NCBI GenBank assembly: GCA_001244265.2
Contig: CDLV01000010.1
Coordinates: 620,001-684,000 of the forward strand
DNA: 64,000 bases
Direction of reading: 5' to 3'
DNA from: Microbotryum violaceum
Taxonomy: Eukaryota
The position numbers and the translations under genes are program-made. Positions 60,428 to 64,000 of the stretch are shown in pieces (position 1 is the first letter of the stretch; the number at the start of each line of letters is the position of its first letter). The notes under the pieces were generated by a model. That model was given only the letters and a program-made list of their open reading frames with translations. It was not told the origin of the DNA and searched no databases.

Positions 60428-62989
60428 CTAGGCCCAGGTTGGGGTCATGAGCTCAAAGCCCCGTTTCATCACCTCCAGAGCCTTCATTTGATCGCCGAGA
60501 TCTTCACGTTGCAACTCGGCCACCTGATTCAGATGCGCAAACGCATCTGCAACGTGCTTGATCAGCGAGATGGTATTGACAGCCTCGGCAATAATTTTGC
60601 CGTTGGCAGCAGCTGCATCGCTCGGAGCGAGATAACCAGTCGTTCGTGCCTCCGCGCTCCTCGCTTGCTCAAGCTCCCGCTCGAGTTCGTCAATAACTTT
60701 CGCCATCGCATCGAGCCGCATAGTCGACGCGTCGCCTTCCCTTTCAAGTGCCTCGGCTCGCGTACGCTGGGCTGCTTCGGTCGTTCGTAGGTCTTCGAGC
60801 TCCCGCGCCTGTTGCGCAACCATAAATTCGAGGTCTTGCGCTCGGGCGTACGTCCAATCAAAGTCGTCCCGAAGGATCGCCACAGCCGAGGGGTCGCGGA
60901 CGATCTGGTTCAGGCTCAGCTGGAGCGGCGTCGACGGCACCGTCGCGTTGTTGAGGTCTGCTCGCATGGTCTCGCCGACAGAGCCATCGATGAGCCATGT
61001 TTCGCGGTCGGGGACGGCGTCGGCATGTGAGCGACTTGCAGTGAGCAACGTCATCCTAAGCATCTCTTCAAGCGTCGTGGATCCTCGACCGACCGCTCGA
61101 TGTGCGCCACGTACTAAGCCCAGGGTGGGATCTTCCTTGGTACCGTCTGTTTGCGCAGACGTCGGAGCGATTCCTCGCAGTGCCGCTTGGAGCTTTGCGT
61201 CGTGGTCAGGGGAAGCGTATGAAATTGCTAAGCGGTAGGGGGGACCATCGGAATTGTTCACCCTCGAGGCGTCTTCGAACCTGGACGGCGTATGGCTCGA
61301 GTCGATGTCGAACGCAGGAGTGGGTCGATCTTGGGCGATCGACTCCCAGCTGATATCACCCGCGATCGATTCTGGCGGGCCGATCGACAGCTTCAGCAGT
61401 GCATGGGCCGATGACGGACACGGGGCAGACATTTTTGAGGCCAAGCTGCTGGTCCTTTCTTGCGGTACAATGCTAGGTGCGAACGAGGTTCGGCGCGAGG
61501 AAAGTGGGACCGTCTCCCAGGAGTCGCGTGACTGCCGCTCCCGCTGCCGCTCCCTCGCGGGACGTGTTGTCGACTGCGAGATATCCTCCGAGGCTGATCG
61601 AAACGATGCCGCCGTCGACGCAGATCGATTCGATCCACTACGGGACCGTAGAAAGTGTGGTACAGAAGCATCGGGTAGAAACTGTTGTGCCGGGGATCCC
61701 ATCTTGGGTTTCAAGGACAAAGCGTAATCTTTCTTCCTCCGAGCACTTTGAGTTGTAGACGGGGCCGGAGGGATCATCGATTGGGCTGGAGTGGTTTCAC
61801 TCGAAGCGCTCATGGTTCTGCGGTTAGTGGGCTCCTCTTTGATCCCTTCCCCTATCGACGATGTGCCACTCAGCCCGCTACCCTTCTTGACCATCCTAGT
61901 GCTCGACAAGGGGATCGCAGAGCGTTGAGCAGTGGATGCTTGCAGCGACATGGAAGGCGCTCGAGACAGACGACTAGGTGTTGACGTCGGTTCCGGGAAG
62001 ATTGAGGTGGACGGCACGTGCCTGGAAGACATCCTCTTGGCACCGTGCGATAACAAGGACAGGGCAGGAGCGGTGGCTCTGACGCCGGAGCCGAGAGATC
62101 GTCTCCGCTCAGCAGACCTCGTCTGCGACCGCGGCGTCGAGTGGCAGGCCGAAGCGGTCAGTGCCAAAGTTTTCGTACGGGGCTTGGGCGGCGCTCCAGC
62201 GAGGATGTTGGATGCGCCTTGAACGGACGAATCGATGGCTTCGTCAGCGATCAGCTTTCGCTTGAGAGAGGCCGAAGACTCTGCCTTGGAAAAGACCTTG
62301 CGGAGGAGGGCTGCAGGAGCGGCAGAGGGTGGAACCTGGCGAGACGCAAATGGAGGTGGTAGCTTCGAGCCGGAAGACCTAGAAGGGGTAGCTGATCGTG
62401 CTGTACGAGGAAAGACAAGTTCAGGGGTCCGGTCAATTCGCGCGCGCCTGCCGCTGGTGCCGAGAAGATTCTTGTCGCCCAAGCTCAAGTTCCAGTCGAG
62501 CGGATGGACGAACGTACCTCGTGATTGTGTGTTGACCGTGGTATCGCGGTTGAAAGGTACGTCTATTCTTGAAGACGTGCTTTGGTTCTCGCTATCGCGC
62601 ATTGGTCCCGCTCGCTGGCTAGTAACTTCAAGCTTGGCTGATGCGTTGCGTGCAGAACGGCCGATCATTGAGCGACCGCCGTAGTCGCTGCGTCGAGGTG
62701 TCGTGGCTCGCATCGCGCTGGCTCGTGTGACGGGAAACGCGCCACCGGCGATGGGCGGGTGGTCGCATTGTTGATGTCTCGCTGCTCCGTCGCTGGCGCA
62801 GGTCGAGGCGCACGGCGATGTCGTGTGCTGGGTGATGGTGGCTGGTGGTGGACCCGTTGTCCCACGGGACGACGATGTCGAAGCACCGCTGCCTAGGAAA
62901 GCTACGCCCGAGCTGGAGGATGCACTCGTCTGTCGATACATTTTGCTGACGACAGGCTTCTTTGCCACTGGTGTCATCGACATTGCCAT
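60428..62989 (-). CDS. Hypothetical Ser/Arg/Thr-rich disordered protein with C-terminal coiled coil
   Basis: 853-aa uninterrupted ORF with heptad-rich LEFMVAQQARELEDLR...IDELERELEQAR. No recognised family motif. Confidence 0.75.
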   Translation of the reverse strand: MAMSMTPVAKKPVVSKMYRQTSASSSSGVAFLGSGASTSSSRGTTGPPPATITQHTTSPCASTCASDGAARHQQCDHPPIAGGAFPVTRASAMRATTPRRSDYGGRSMIGRSARNASAKLEVTSQRAGPMRDSENQSTSSRIDVPFNRDTTVNTQSRGTFVHPLDWNLSLGDKNLLGTSGRRARIDRTPELVFPRTARSATPSRSSGSKLPPPFASRQVPPSAAPAALLRKVFSKAESSASLKRKLIADEAIDSSVQGASNILAGAPPKPRTKTLALTASACHSTPRSQTRSAERRRSLGSGVRATAPALSLLSHGAKRMSSRHVPSTSIFPEPTSTPSRLSRAPSMSLQASTAQRSAIPLSSTRMVKKGSGLSGTSSIGEGIKEEPTNRRTMSASSETTPAQSMIPPAPSTTQSARRKKDYALSLKPKMGSPAQQFLPDASVPHFLRSRSGSNRSASTAASFRSASEDISQSTTRPARERQRERQSRDSWETVPLSSRRTSFAPSIVPQERTSSLASKMSAPCPSSAHALLKLSIGPPESIAGDISWESIAQDRPTPAFDIDSSHTPSRFEDASRVNNSDGPPYRLAISYASPDHDAKLQAALRGIAPTSAQTDGTKEDPTLGLVRGAHRAVGRGSTTLEEMLRMTLLTASRSHADAVPDRETWLIDGSVGETMRADLNNATVPSTPLQLSLNQIVRDPSAVAILRDDFDWTYARAQDLEFMVAQQARELEDLRTTEAAQRTRAEALEREGDASTMRLDAMAKVIDELERELEQARSAEARTTGYLAPSDAAAANGKIIAEAVNTISLIKHVADAFAHLNQVAELQREDLGDQMKALEVMKRGFELMTPTWA

Positions 62990-64000
62990 GGCGTCGGGTG
63001 CCTTGAAAGAACGAGCGAGTTCAAGCTTGTCTGGCGCGTGCTGGCGGCTTCAAGAATCAAACGACACGTGACCGTGTTTGACCGCTCCGCCATGCGTCAG
63101 GCTCCATCCGACGGCCAAGTTGCCGGTGGCGCGGTATGCGATTTACCTCTCGGGAGCAGTCATATTGGCATCAAGACTGTCGCTGCGTTGAAGCTCCCCG
63201 TCAGACCATCGGCAACTTCTAATCTCCAAGACTTATGGATCTCGAAGCCAGATTCCGAACGCCTTTCGGCAGCTGCAGCCAGGCGGCAGCCCAGGTTGAG
63301 CCTGACTGATCCAGACTGAGCCGCCAGGCGCCAGGCTCCAGCCGCCCGTTCGAGCGGCGCCTCCGAATCAATCCGTTACCAGTCAGCGCCGCAGCATTGA
63401 TTCTGTTTATTTCGCATTGTTGTGAAATCCAGCAGAGCCATCGCATTTTTTGAAACCCTCTTCTAGTCTGCGGGAAGAAATAGGAGACCTACCTCATGAC
63501 CATTGGCTCAAAGTCTGCAAGAATCACGTAGTACGCTCTGCATACTCGAGCGCGACAAAGGAGCCAACTGGTCAGAACAGGGTCAGACCTGGTAGAACCT
63601 GGTCGCGGTGCCACTGCCAGAGCGAGCTAGCGCCAGCCTACTACGTTTCAGTCTTCCCCCGGCGTGACTGAACCAGGGAGTGTGATTCCTGATTCGATGG
63701 CGCCCGTAATCCGTCACCACGTCGATGCTTTTACAGGTTAGTCACACTCTCCAGGTGCAGGTTTTGGAGAACGGGGTCGGGTGCCGCTTTGGAGCTCGAC
63801 GCTGCAGCTTGCCTTCCACGCGGGCTTGGCGACGGGTGACTGGATTCCGAGTATATGCGTGTGCGCCGCCCCTCGAGTGGGTGGGTGTTGGTGTCCGGAA
63901 GCAGAGCCAGCAAGCAGCACACGACCAACGGAGCCTCGCCTTGGATACACCGGTTCGCCATCTTGGCAGGTTTACCCCACCGACGAGACAGAGTGATTGG

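Noticed and set aside
63450-64000. ORFs at the window end
   Set aside because: Short, motif-less and possibly truncated by the window edge.

Overview
This is eukaryotic, intron-rich, GC-rich fungal DNA. Gene style and transposon content suggest a basidiomycete, possibly Microbotryomycetes; that is inference only. The first ~41.5 kb is mostly gene-dense: ARP8, ARG7 (ArgJ ornithine acetyltransferase), a coiled-coil protein, a C2H2 zinc-finger factor, PRP17/CDC40, a divergent TRP/Yvc1-like membrane protein, an Mpv17/PMP22 protein, a small ankyrin protein, TEL1/ATM and a Pil1/Lsp1-like BAR protein. A 1039-bp non-autonomous hAT-type element with intact TIRs and an 8-bp TSD lies at 7194-8232. The stretch from ~42 to ~60 kb is a transposon-rich accessory region. 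It holds two complementary, divergently oriented remnants of a Dada-like DDE transposase, with a Helitron between them whose 3' hairpin-CTRR end is intact. It also holds a 5'-truncated L1/Tx1-like LINE, a small CsbD/LEA-like stress gene, a mosaic mitochondrial insertion (group II intron maturase plus LAGLIDADG fragments) and a 72-nt tRNA-like Pol III unit with TTA at the anticodon position. A large low-complexity hypothetical gene ends the window. All family assignments come from visual motif recognition, not database searches.
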